Source: a virus
IMG/VR virus record: IMGVR_UViG_3300008111_000001
Length of the DNA: 64,000 nt
Direction: 5' to 3' (one strand)
The notes beneath the pieces were generated by a model. That model was not told the DNA's origin, searched no databases, and was given only the letters and a program-made list of their open reading frames with translations. Position numbers and translations under genes: made by a program. This document shows positions 47,117-56,408 of this stretch, one piece after another; position 1 is the stretch's first letter; the number at the start of each line of letters is the position of its first letter.

Positions 47117-47905
47117 ATGGGAAAGTTTATTAGGGCAAATAATACTACAACAGGAATTAGTTTTGTTGGCGGTACTTCGTCCACACATTCTGACTTACTT
47201 ACCATGTCAAACTTAGTTGACGTTCCTGACTCAATTTATGGATCCGCAGCTGATGGATCAGTAACCTTTGATGGCTCAAGTACCGTTTTGTCAATGGCGC
47301 CAGCATCTTCTGTATACACAATGACTAGGGATATATATTGTTACAACTTAACTTTATCGGCAAACGTGCGCTTAAATCCAGCTGGTTATAGAATTTTTGT
47401 ACAAAATTTATTAACATTTGGTAGTGGGTCTACTATTGGTTTTACCACAGGTTTTTCTACCGCTGGATCAATACAACAGGGCGGAGCAGCAAACAATGTT
47501 TCGTTGTCGCCAGTGACACATAGCCTTGGGGGCTCAAGCGCAACATATAATGCGACAGCACCAACAGCAGCTACAGGCGGAACCAACTATTACAAACAAC
47601 CATTTCAGGCAATAAAAGGATATTCCATTACTGGGTCTTCGACTACTCCAACATTTTTAAAAGGTGGAGCTGGCGGAACAGCTGGTGCTGGAGGCGGAGT
47701 TGTAATCTTAGCTGCTAGATTTATTGGCGTTTCCAGTGGCACTGGTTACATTAAAGCTCCTGGAACAGCGGGGGCTGGCGGTGGTGGCGGTGGTGTTATT
47801 ATTATTATTTCATCTGCAGCAACATTAAATTCTGGTGTTTCCACTGATGTTACTGGTGGGACCAGCTGCGTTGCTGGAACGGTAATTTATTCACAGGTGG
47901 CATAG
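47117..47905 (+). CDS. Gly-rich fibre/appendage protein
   Basis: DSIYGSAADGSVT...MTRDIYCYNLTL...GYRIFV; GGAGG..GGGVVIL..GGGGGVIII beta-solenoid-type motifs. Confidence 0.72.
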   Translation: MGKFIRANNTTTGISFVGGTSSTHSDLLTMSNLVDVPDSIYGSAADGSVTFDGSSTVLSMAPASSVYTMTRDIYCYNLTLSANVRLNPAGYRIFVQNLLTFGSGSTIGFTTGFSTAGSIQQGGAANNVSLSPVTHSLGGSSATYNATAPTAATGGTNYYKQPFQAIKGYSITGSSTTPTFLKGGAGGTAGAGGGVVILAARFIGVSSGTGYIKAPGTAGAGGGGGGVIIIISSAATLNSGVSTDVTGGTSCVAGTVIYSQVA

Positions 47906-47907
47906 TT

Positions 47908-49641
47908 ATGGTTGGCAGGATTCGAAGAATAAATAAAACAATTACACAGCGTGATGATTCAATTTTTGGCGAAGGCACTGACGGTGCTGTGACAATATCT
48001 AGTGGTACAACATATTTAACAAAAGATATGTATTACACTAATCTAACAATCAACTCTGGCGCAACATTATTTACTAATGGTTTTAGAGTTTTTGTTAATG
48101 GAACATTAACTAATAATGGAACACTAGGAATGCCAACTTTAACTGCAGCTACTGTAGCAGATGGTTCTGGCACAGTAGCTGGCAGACAAAACGCTCTTAA
48201 TCCAGCTAAAGCATGGGGCACAAGCACAGACGCATTATCTGTAACAGATATGCACGATATGGACGATGCTGTATCAGGTTGGTTTATTACTTCAGCTGGG
48301 GCAATTACCAAAATAGGATCAGGCTCACTTGGGGTAGCTGGTTCAAGTGGAAATGTTGCGGCTGCAACTGCTGGTAATTATCCTGGTCATTCCAATACGG
48401 TTGGTGCTGCCGGTGGAACAGGCAATGCGGCGACAGCTGGTACTGGTGGAGCAGGAGGTCTTGGTGGTGGATTGGTTATTGTTTTAGCCAAAAATATCTC
48501 TGGCACTGGTTATATAGTTAGTTATGGATTTGCTGGAAACCCAGGAAATCCTGCGGTGCAAGGTAATCCAGCTCCAAATATTAGCGGATATCATACTGGC
48601 GGATTCTATCATCATGCTATTAATGGACACAGGATAAGTCCTGCTACTAGTAATCAAAATAGCCCCCATCATAACCATGGAAACCATAATCATAATGCCG
48701 GAGTCCTTCCTGGAAATCCAACAAATGCAACAGGAGTAGTCAATGCTGGGCATCATCCTGCAACTAACAATCACGCACATGCTTCACATGGTACTAATCA
48801 TAATAGTGGCAGCAATTTTAGCAATAGTCCTCCTTATGTAATTTACGTATTAGCACATAATGGTGGGACGAATCATAACTCCGGTAACGGTCATCATCAT
48901 CATCCAGCTAATGGAAGCAGGCCTTCGCCTCATCAAGCGAATTCAAACGCTGCGCATCATAGCCATGGTTCACATACGCATACTCCAGTTCACATTTTTG
49001 GGCATGCGACATCAAACCATAATGGATCTCATTCTTGTGATTGTAATCATGGCGCTCATCATCACAATCCTGGACATGGTCATCACGCTGGCAATCATAA
49101 TGCCGGAAATCATCCCTATCCACACGGGGTGGGTGGGCATGGATCTGGGCCTAATCCAACGTCACACAACGCCCACGCTGTAACTCATCCTGGTCATGGC
49201 CATCATCATACGGCAGAAACTCCCCATGGTGCATCTAATCCGCATTCATATGGTGGAGCAAAAGGCATACCTCACTCAGCATTGGTTTTGGGTCATAATG
49301 GAAGCAATCCGCATACAAGTGGAAGCCACCCTCATGGAGCTGGAAGTACTGGGCCAAGTCCTAATGCAACCATAACTGCAGGCAGCCACAATGCAGGTGA
49401 CCACACACACACGGCTGCCACAGTAAACCACAGCTCCGGAGCAGTTACCAGCAATAGAACAGCAGCTCCAACTCACACTGCAACAAATGCAAATTATACT
49501 GGTGGGTCTGGAGGTACAGCAAATCCGGGTAATACTGGTGCAACAGGGAGTACCGGTGGTATAATTGTCGTTACAAGAAACGCCGGAAATGCTGCTAATC
49601 AACTAGGACATTCTAATTATTCTAAGATACTAGATATCTAA
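47908..49641 (+). CDS. Paralog of 47117 carrying a ~300-aa His/Asn/Gly-rich insertion
   Basis: DSIFGEGTDGAVT...LTKDMYYTNLTI...GFRVFV; GGAGGLGGGLVIV; the central segment has about 60 His by hand count. Confidence 0.8.
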   Translation: MVGRIRRINKTITQRDDSIFGEGTDGAVTISSGTTYLTKDMYYTNLTINSGATLFTNGFRVFVNGTLTNNGTLGMPTLTAATVADGSGTVAGRQNALNPAKAWGTSTDALSVTDMHDMDDAVSGWFITSAGAITKIGSGSLGVAGSSGNVAAATAGNYPGHSNTVGAAGGTGNAATAGTGGAGGLGGGLVIVLAKNISGTGYIVSYGFAGNPGNPAVQGNPAPNISGYHTGGFYHHAINGHRISPATSNQNSPHHNHGNHNHNAGVLPGNPTNATGVVNAGHHPATNNHAHASHGTNHNSGSNFSNSPPYVIYVLAHNGGTNHNSGNGHHHHPANGSRPSPHQANSNAAHHSHGSHTHTPVHIFGHATSNHNGSHSCDCNHGAHHHNPGHGHHAGNHNAGNHPYPHGVGGHGSGPNPTSHNAHAVTHPGHGHHHTAETPHGASNPHSYGGAKGIPHSALVLGHNGSNPHTSGSHPHGAGSTGPSPNATITAGSHNAGDHTHTAATVNHSSGAVTSNRTAAPTHTATNANYTGGSGGTANPGNTGATGSTGGIIVVTRNAGNAANQLGHSNYSKILDI

Positions 49642-49649
49642 AAATAATA

Positions 49650-49658
49650 TGATATAAT
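49650..49658 (+). promoter_or_regulatory. Extended -10 promoter (TGATATAAT) for the tailoring-enzyme operon
   Basis: Exact TGnTATAAT upstream of AAGGAG and ATG 49681. Confidence 0.55.
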
Positions 49659-49680
49659 TGTACAAACTTAAGGAGAAAAA

Positions 49681-49926
49681 ATGTCATTTTTTAATTCAAT
49701 TAGTTCAGAAAGAAAACTTCAAATTGTTGAAGCAAGAATATCTTCATTAAAAGAACAACTATGGACACTTTTAATCGACGCAGAAATTGACCCAGACACA
49801 TTAGATGTTAATACTTTTGATGCAGCTATTGATATAGCTGAAAAGTTCTCTTATTTAAGAGAACAGTATGTAAATTTAACATCTATTATTGAAAAAATGG
49901 AACAAGTAAAATCAGGATTAGAATAA
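49681..49926 (+). CDS. Small helical protein
   Basis: 81 aa, coiled-coil-like; IDP..L motif shared with 53732. Confidence 0.7.
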   Translation: MSFFNSISSERKLQIVEARISSLKEQLWTLLIDAEIDPDTLDVNTFDAAIDIAEKFSYLREQYVNLTSIIEKMEQVKSGLE

Positions 49927-49929
49927 TTT

Positions 49930-50520
49930 ATGAAATTTAAAGAACACGCTACGTGTGTAGTTGAATATGAAAATGTTTTTGACGCACAAAAATTTATAAT
50001 TCTTCTAGAAGAAGAATGCAGTGAATCATGGGGATATTTGTCTTGGCAAAGATCTACTGTTGGCACTGGTCAAGTTTCTGATATTAGAACATCTCTAAGT
50101 TGTGAGCTAGAGCCAATTAATAGCAAAGATATTCAAATAGAGCGAGTAAAGCCACTTGCCGCTGAATGGATCTCTATGTGGGAGAAAGTGGACCCCATAG
50201 TATGGGACTATAGAAATTATTTTGAGCTAGACCTAGATGCCGACGAAGGATATAGGGTGTTAAAATATTCTGCAGGAGCGGAATATGGCATTCATCACGA
50301 TCATGCTCCAATGAACGCAAGAACGTTAAGTTTAGTTGCCTTTTTGAATGATGATTATACTGGAGGCAATTTAGTATTTCCTAAGTTTAATATTTCAATT
50401 AAGCCAAAAGCTGGAAGTGTTATTCTTTTTCCATCCAACTTTCCATACGCTCACATCGCAGAACCAGTAGGTGAAGTTGATGGTACAACTAAATATTCAT
50501 TAGTTACATGGTTTAGATGA
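49930..50520 (+). CDS. 2OG-Fe(II) oxygenase (prolyl-hydroxylase-like)
   Basis: LKYSAG.EYGIHHD (HxD), FLNDDYTGGNL.F, LFPSNFPYAH, KYSLVTWF. Confidence 0.9.
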   Translation: MKFKEHATCVVEYENVFDAQKFIILLEEECSESWGYLSWQRSTVGTGQVSDIRTSLSCELEPINSKDIQIERVKPLAAEWISMWEKVDPIVWDYRNYFELDLDADEGYRVLKYSAGAEYGIHHDHAPMNARTLSLVAFLNDDYTGGNLVFPKFNISIKPKAGSVILFPSNFPYAHIAEPVGEVDGTTKYSLVTWFR

Positions 50521-50774
50521 TTGAGGAAATAATGGGATATAATCTGCAAAAAGATTTTGAATATGTACAAAGTAAACTGTGTGAAATAATAATTTTTATT
50601 GGTGGAGAAACTGATGTGATTTCTTCTTATAATATAAATACATTATTGCAGATGTGCGTAGATGTATATGGCCAAAATAACTACAATGACGCAGAATTGC
50701 TTAGCTTACAGCAGAGTCTTAGAAGACTTTGGTATATGTATACCGTATTAAAATGGAGATTAGAAAATGTCTGA
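50517..50774 (+). CDS. Small helical protein
   Basis: 85 aa, coupled by ATGA overlap. Confidence 0.6.
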   Translation: MIEEIMGYNLQKDFEYVQSKLCEIIIFIGGETDVISSYNINTLLQMCVDVYGQNNYNDAELLSLQQSLRRLWYMYTVLKWRLENV

Positions 50775-51474
50775 AAATTATGCTAATCCAGAAATATCTA
50801 ATATTTATTCAAAAACCAAAAGTTTTGAGCTATCGCACGATGATTTAAGACAATCTTTTTTAAATGTTCTTGATAGCGAAATACAGACTGGGGTAGATAG
50901 AAGTAACGATGCAAGAGGTATGTCTCAGCAGCTGAACTGGCACTCTGCGGTATTGGGAAATTTATGTCACGACAACAGCTCTGGACTAGATGCTGAGTTA
51001 TTTGTTAGATCTTTAGCTGAGTTTGTAACTAGGTTAAAAAATCCAAATACAGCTTTGTGTGGGACAATATGCCATCTAGTTATGGCGGAGATAAAAAAAA
51101 TTGTTCCAAATATTGACTATATAAATACAGTGCACCTAGATTATTTAGAAAAATATTTGAATGAGTCTATCGATAGCAGCAATGTCATCCTAATGCAGGA
51201 TATTGAAACTTCTTCGTTAGATAAGTTTTATGATCTTATTTTTATAGACTTTGAAATATTTAGTCACGATCTGTCTTTAGTAGACAATCTTTGGGCAAAA
51301 GTAGCCCCAAATGGCTTAATGTGTTTATGGAATGTTAATGATTTTCACAAAGTCTATCAAAGAGGCACTGGGCATGCCTGGACTCAATACCTAATGTCAT
51401 TAACTGAGCGTGAAGACATGTACACTTTCCACATTCCAATTCTAACAGGATTTACGTTGGTTATTAAAAGATGA
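50767..51474 (+). CDS. SAM-dependent methyltransferase-like protein (tentative)
   Basis: C-terminal YDLIFIDF...LVDNLWAKVAPNGLMCLWN resembles the class I MTase beta4-beta5 region; motif I is not clear. Confidence 0.45.
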   Translation: MSENYANPEISNIYSKTKSFELSHDDLRQSFLNVLDSEIQTGVDRSNDARGMSQQLNWHSAVLGNLCHDNSSGLDAELFVRSLAEFVTRLKNPNTALCGTICHLVMAEIKKIVPNIDYINTVHLDYLEKYLNESIDSSNVILMQDIETSSLDKFYDLIFIDFEIFSHDLSLVDNLWAKVAPNGLMCLWNVNDFHKVYQRGTGHAWTQYLMSLTEREDMYTFHIPILTGFTLVIKR

Positions 51475-52946
51475 ATCAAAAAAAAATTATAGTAGTAGGT
51501 TCAGGAACAGCTGGGCTTGTAACTGGATTAATTATTAAATCTTATTTTAAAGATTATAGTGTAATCAATATATCTTCCAGTAAACGTGGTATTATTGGAG
51601 TAGGAGAAGGCTCAACTGAGCATTGGCGCATATTTCAAGATATCATCGGCATTCATCCTCATGATATGATTAAAAATGTAGACATTACCCATAAGTATGG
51701 AATTAGATATGAAAATTGGACAAATCATACTCCTGATTATTTTCATAGCGTTGGTGGCACTGGGGTTCATTTTGGTAGCTTTTGGGCCGGATACGCAACT
51801 GCGCTAGAGAACAATAGATTGTTAACAAACACCTATTCTTGGCGCGGAATAGTAGAAGATAAAATTATTGATCTTGGTGAAAAAACACATTATGGATCTA
51901 ATCAATATCATTTTGATACATTTAAGTTAAATGAGTATCTAATTAAATTGTCTAAAGAAAAAGGAATTATTTTTATAGACGATGATGTAATTGATGTTTT
52001 TGTATCAGAAAATGGATACATTGAAAGTGTACTTACTAAAGAAAATAATCAAAATATATCTGCAGATTTTTTCGTCGATGCAACTGGATTTCATAGGCAG
52101 GTTTTAAGCAAAATTGCCGACCAAACATTTATTCCGTATAGAAAATATTTACCGTGCGATAAGGCAATAGCCTTTCCTACAGAAGCTGATCCATCAGGAA
52201 GAATACGTCCATATACTAGAGCACGAGCGCTAAAAAATGGTTGGATGTGGGAGATACCAACGTTAAGCCGTAGAGGAAATGGTTATGTATTTTCTTCTGA
52301 TTTTTGTTCAACCGAACAAGCTATCAAAGAGGCTTCTGAAATTCATGAATTTGAAGTTACTCCAGCAAAAGTTATAGATTTTACTTCTGGATATTTTAAA
52401 GAAACATGGAAGAATAACTGTATTGCTGTCGGACTTGCTGCGGGATTTGTTGAACCATTAGAGGCTACTTCAATTTCTACAACAATTCAACAAGCAAGAG
52501 TTCTATGCTCATATCTTCCAACCTTCTCTGAGAATAGAACATATGGGATAAAAGAATATCATAGAATAATGGATTCTATTATGAATAATATTCTATGTAT
52601 GATTTCTCTGCATTATATTTCAGATAGATCAGATACAGAAATGTGGAGAGCTCAACAGTCAGCAGAAAAACCAGAATTGTTACAGCATCTTATTGAGTTG
52701 TGGAGTATACGTTGTCCGGAAACGCACGATGTGCCATCTACAGGATATGAATTATTTGGCGCACCACATTTATGGCATGTTGCTCAGGGGCAAGGTGTGC
52801 TAAAATCAGATATTGCATCAATGCAATTGGATGCTTACGGTGCTAGATCATCTGGAATTGAAAATATAAAAAATATAGCTAAAGAATTTTTATCTCATAA
52901 ATTGGTGGATCATGGTGAAGAACTCAGAAAAATTAAAAATAGTTAG
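51471..52946 (+). CDS. Flavin-dependent halogenase (tryptophan halogenase family)
   Basis: VVGSGTAG (FAD), IGVGEGST, THKYGI (catalytic Lys position), GWMWEIP (WxWxIP), FVEPLEATSI. Confidence 0.88.
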   Translation: MNQKKIIVVGSGTAGLVTGLIIKSYFKDYSVINISSSKRGIIGVGEGSTEHWRIFQDIIGIHPHDMIKNVDITHKYGIRYENWTNHTPDYFHSVGGTGVHFGSFWAGYATALENNRLLTNTYSWRGIVEDKIIDLGEKTHYGSNQYHFDTFKLNEYLIKLSKEKGIIFIDDDVIDVFVSENGYIESVLTKENNQNISADFFVDATGFHRQVLSKIADQTFIPYRKYLPCDKAIAFPTEADPSGRIRPYTRARALKNGWMWEIPTLSRRGNGYVFSSDFCSTEQAIKEASEIHEFEVTPAKVIDFTSGYFKETWKNNCIAVGLAAGFVEPLEATSISTTIQQARVLCSYLPTFSENRTYGIKEYHRIMDSIMNNILCMISLHYISDRSDTEMWRAQQSAEKPELLQHLIELWSIRCPETHDVPSTGYELFGAPHLWHVAQGQGVLKSDIASMQLDAYGARSSGIENIKNIAKEFLSHKLVDHGEELRKIKNS

Positions 52947-53730
52947 TCCAAAAGTATTCAATGACATTCCAAAAATAAAAGAAGGTCAAGTATTTCTTTC
53001 TCCTCAAATCATGCAATTGATGGATGATGATTGTAGACCTTATGTCAATCTTGGTAATTGGCCAGATTGGTGGAAAGAATTAAGTGGAAGCGAGGGCAGC
53101 CTGAAGAGATGTTCTGGCACATCGGATTATCTTGCTACAGGATTTACGATCCCTTTGTGGGCTAAGGCAATGTTTAGGCCATCAGTTGATTATAAGTCGT
53201 GGGAAGCGCAATTTGATCTATCTAATGATATTGGAAATTTTGGTATAGAAAGCTTTAACTATGGACAAACGGGAGAATGTCCGGTAACAAAAGTTAGAAA
53301 AATTGAAAAAGCTAATTATGTAAAAATAATAAATCCATGGCTAACTAAAACAGCACCAGGATGGTCAAGCCTATTCTTGCCACCATTATGGGATCCTAAC
53401 CCAAACTACACAATGCTACCAGCCGTAGTGAATACTGATTACTATCATAATGCCCACATGGTTATTAATATCTTAACAGATCAACCATTTGAATTAGAAA
53501 TCGGTAGACCAATGTGGCACGTAATTCCATTTAAAAGAACAAAGTCTTTAGAGGCTATTTGGGGAGATGAGTCTGCATATAACCTATTGAGATATAGGGG
53601 TTTCGGTGGGCCTTTTTCCCCAAAAAGACAAAAAAGTAAATATAAAAAACTTCAAAGAGAAATAGATGAATCTATTGTTTCTGAAAAGAAAAAACTATTA
53701 AATAAAATTTTTAATAAAAATAGGAGTTGA
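52912..53730 (+). CDS. Hypothetical protein of a phage family often found beside oxygenases (beta-barrel-like)
   Basis: LKRCSGTSDYLATGFTIPLW...KIINPW..KTAPGWSSLFLPP...LPAVVNTD...VIPFKR. Confidence 0.7.
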   Translation: MVKNSEKLKIVSPKVFNDIPKIKEGQVFLSPQIMQLMDDDCRPYVNLGNWPDWWKELSGSEGSLKRCSGTSDYLATGFTIPLWAKAMFRPSVDYKSWEAQFDLSNDIGNFGIESFNYGQTGECPVTKVRKIEKANYVKIINPWLTKTAPGWSSLFLPPLWDPNPNYTMLPAVVNTDYYHNAHMVINILTDQPFELEIGRPMWHVIPFKRTKSLEAIWGDESAYNLLRYRGFGGPFSPKRQKSKYKKLQREIDESIVSEKKKLLNKIFNKNRS

Positions 53731-53731
53731 A

Positions 53732-53983
53732 ATGGACTTCATATTATCTGACAATGAAAAAATGGCACTTAAGTTAAGTGCTCGTAAAAAATTAGAACTA
53801 GAAATATATTCAGCTGCTATAATGGTGGGAATAGATCCAGAGGAATTGGAGATGGTTGATGGTAAATTTACATGGACACCAGTTTTTTCCGGAAATGAAG
53901 TAATGGGAGACTCTTGGAAAACTATTACTGAAAAACGTTTAAAGCAAGTTTTAAATGCATATGAAAAATTGATAGGTTCCTGA
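53732..53983 (+). CDS. Small helical protein, possible paralog of 49681
   Basis: EKMALKLSARKKLELEIYSAAIMVGIDPEELE. Confidence 0.65.
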   Translation: MDFILSDNEKMALKLSARKKLELEIYSAAIMVGIDPEELEMVDGKFTWTPVFSGNEVMGDSWKTITEKRLKQVLNAYEKLIGS

Positions 53984-53997
53984 TAATAAGGATTGAT

Positions 53998-54708
53998 ATG
54001 GATCAAGCTAGTTTCTATTGGCCAGCTGGCACAGCTTCTGCAATAATGGTTGCAGACAATATTGTTGATAAAGAAATATGTGATTTAACTTTAAGTGAGT
54101 TAAAAAAATATTATAGTCAAGTCGCTTCACCAGGCCCAACCATTAGTGGGCTAATGCCATCTATTAAAAGTAGCATGGATATAAACTGGTCACATCAAGC
54201 GATGGTTTGTCAAAATATTCCAACTGATAAATTGGATGCATGTGAAGTCCATATTGTTGAAAAACTATTTCTCTGCATTGCTAAGTATAGGGAGCAGTTT
54301 AGGTGGCTATGGGAATGGAATGATATATCTGATACAGGATTTAGAGTGCAAGAATACAAAAAAGGTGTTGGATACTACAGAGAGCATATAGATGGTGGTA
54401 TGGGTGATAAGACTTATACCAGAGACAGAATTCTTGCTGCTATAATATATCTAAACGATGTTGAAATGGGTGGGGAAACATACTTTAGGGAGCATGAGTT
54501 GAGAGTTCCAGCAAAAGCTGGTTCGATATGTTTATTTCCAACACATTGGACATACCCGCATCAAGGATGTCTTCCAATATCAAATGACAAGTGGATCATA
54601 TCAACCTTTATACAAACACAAGCTAATGATATAGTTGAGTCTCTTGATGCACAAGAGGAAAAAGAAATTGTATTATCTTCTACGAAAATGCCAAAAAATG
54701 ACAAGTAA
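53998..54708 (+). CDS. 2OG-Fe(II) oxygenase (prolyl-hydroxylase-like)
   Basis: VQEYKKG.GYYREHID, IIYLNDVEMGGETYF, LFPTHWTYPHQG, KWIISTF. Confidence 0.9.
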   Translation: MDQASFYWPAGTASAIMVADNIVDKEICDLTLSELKKYYSQVASPGPTISGLMPSIKSSMDINWSHQAMVCQNIPTDKLDACEVHIVEKLFLCIAKYREQFRWLWEWNDISDTGFRVQEYKKGVGYYREHIDGGMGDKTYTRDRILAAIIYLNDVEMGGETYFREHELRVPAKAGSICLFPTHWTYPHQGCLPISNDKWIISTFIQTQANDIVESLDAQEEKEIVLSSTKMPKNDK

Positions 54709-55348
54709 AACCGTATACGATTATTTTACTGGTAGACTATTGACAGTTAGACCAGACCCATTTGTGTTAGATAATGTATTATCTGAAGAAGATTTTAATA
54801 GTCTTAAGTATGATATTGAATTAGAAAAAAATAACTCAAACTTAAACTATGATCGCACCATGGGTAGATTCACTATTTCTGATGAAAAATTATTTCAAAA
54901 AGAAAAAGAAAAACTTACCAGCCTTGCTAGAAAAATATTTAACTCAGAAACATTAGTTCCATCATATTGTTTGTACGCTGTTTATAGAGGTCACCGGGCA
55001 AATTTGCCTCACCACATAGATGATAATGCCTGCACATATACTATTGATTTATGCATTTCATACAAAACGCAGTGGCCCATTTATGTAAACGATATTGAGT
55101 TTAAATTAGAGCCGAATCAAGCAGTGTGCTATTATGGGGAAGATCAGTATCATTGGAGAAATAAATTTCCTGATCCAGCGAACAACGAAGTTGAAATGAT
55201 TTTTTTTCATTTTATTGAACCAGATCATTGGTCAATAATAAATGGTCAAGAATATAGAAAAGAAATATTAGGCAACTGCATTCAACATCAAAAAAAGGTT
55301 CTAAAATACTTACTTAATAGCCCAAAGGTAAATAGTGATGGTAGATAA
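54698..55348 (+). CDS. 2OG-Fe(II) oxygenase-like protein
   Basis: LPHHID...YTIDLCIS..TQWPI...AVCYYGEDQYHWR..F...MIFFHF; start probably the ATG near 54698. Confidence 0.75.
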   Translation: MTSKTVYDYFTGRLLTVRPDPFVLDNVLSEEDFNSLKYDIELEKNNSNLNYDRTMGRFTISDEKLFQKEKEKLTSLARKIFNSETLVPSYCLYAVYRGHRANLPHHIDDNACTYTIDLCISYKTQWPIYVNDIEFKLEPNQAVCYYGEDQYHWRNKFPDPANNEVEMIFFHFIEPDHWSIINGQEYRKEILGNCIQHQKKVLKYLLNSPKVNSDGR

Positions 55349-55637
55349 TATTAAAATATTTTTTTCTAAAGTTATAGACGCAGTAAAAGAAATGTCCAAT
55401 AAATCCTATTGGAATAAACCTAACTCTGTTGAGGCTTGGGGTTTTGCTACAAAAATAGCTATTATATTTCCTGGCTTATTATTTGGCAAACAGTGGTGGT
55501 GGTTGTATATTTTCGCCATTGCGTCAAGCCTAAGTTTAATATGGTCTTCTACTAAAAAAACCCTTCCAACAATTATTATCTTTAATCTATTATGGGTCGC
55601 CTTAGCTAGTGCAGCGATAATTAAACACTTTGTATGA
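55335..55637 (+). CDS. Small membrane protein
   Basis: EAWGFATKIAIIFPGLLFGKQWWWLYIFAI...TLPTIIIFNLLW; three hydrophobic segments. Confidence 0.7.
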   Translation: MMVDNIKIFFSKVIDAVKEMSNKSYWNKPNSVEAWGFATKIAIIFPGLLFGKQWWWLYIFAIASSLSLIWSSTKKTLPTIIIFNLLWVALASAAIIKHFV

Positions 55638-56407
55638 TTTCAATAATAACACCTACGTATAACACAGATAAAAATGTGCTTGCCCGCACATGGGCTTCTC
55701 TAAAGGGGCAAACATTTAAGGATTGGGAGTGGGTCATTATAGATGACTCAACCAACGACAACGTTTGGCATCAAGTCTATGGTTTTGCTTCTGATGAAAG
55801 ATACAAAATCCAGATGCACAAAAGTCATGTTCATTCTGGAAATATAGGTCGCAATAAAAGACGTGGATTCATGCTCTCAGAGGGCTCAATATTAGTTGAG
55901 CTAGATCATGACGATGAGCTAACTCCAGACGCTCTGACAGAGATTTACGAGGCGTTCCGGGCAAATCCTGAGGTTGGCTTTGTTTACTCGGACTGGTGCG
56001 AAATACTGCCCGATGGTCAATCGGGTATTTATCCTAAAGGTTGGGCTTTTGGCTATGGTTCAGAGTACTGGTCTCAAGAGTATGGCGTTTGGGTTATGTC
56101 TTCTCCGGAAATAAATCCAACCACCATGAAGCATATTGTTTCTGCTCCCAACCACGTTAGGGCATGGAGAGCTAACGTATATCATCAGTTGGGTGGGCAT
56201 AATCCAGATTATGAAATTGCCGATGACTACGAATTAGTCGTGAGAACTTTTCTAGCCACTAATTTTTATCATATTAAGAAACTATTGTACAAACAATATA
56301 CTAGTCCAGCCACAGCGCAGCGTCAAAAGAATGATCTCATACAAAAGTATGTTGCTGAGATATCAGCTAGATATTCTAGCGATATAGATAAAAAATTTGG
56401 TATATAA
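55634..56407 (+). CDS. Glycosyltransferase family 2
   Basis: SIITPTYN, WEWVIIDD, VELDHDDEL, VGFVYSD, ADDYEL. Confidence 0.88.
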   Translation: MISIITPTYNTDKNVLARTWASLKGQTFKDWEWVIIDDSTNDNVWHQVYGFASDERYKIQMHKSHVHSGNIGRNKRRGFMLSEGSILVELDHDDELTPDALTEIYEAFRANPEVGFVYSDWCEILPDGQSGIYPKGWAFGYGSEYWSQEYGVWVMSSPEINPTTMKHIVSAPNHVRAWRANVYHQLGGHNPDYEIADDYELVVRTFLATNFYHIKKLLYKQYTSPATAQRQKNDLIQKYVAEISARYSSDIDKKFGI

Positions 56408-56408
56408 G

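Noticed and set aside
48033-49602. Alternative-frame ORFs across the His-rich gene (Ile/Met-rich and others)
   Set aside because: They are frame-shifted readings of CAT/AAT-rich codons with no start context or motif, unlike the MTase-nested ORF.
49930-55348. 2OG-Fe(II) oxygenases as TET/JBP base-modifying enzymes
   Set aside because: Their motifs fit the prolyl-hydroxylase-like clade and they sit beside fibre genes rather than nucleotide genes; this was not formally excluded.
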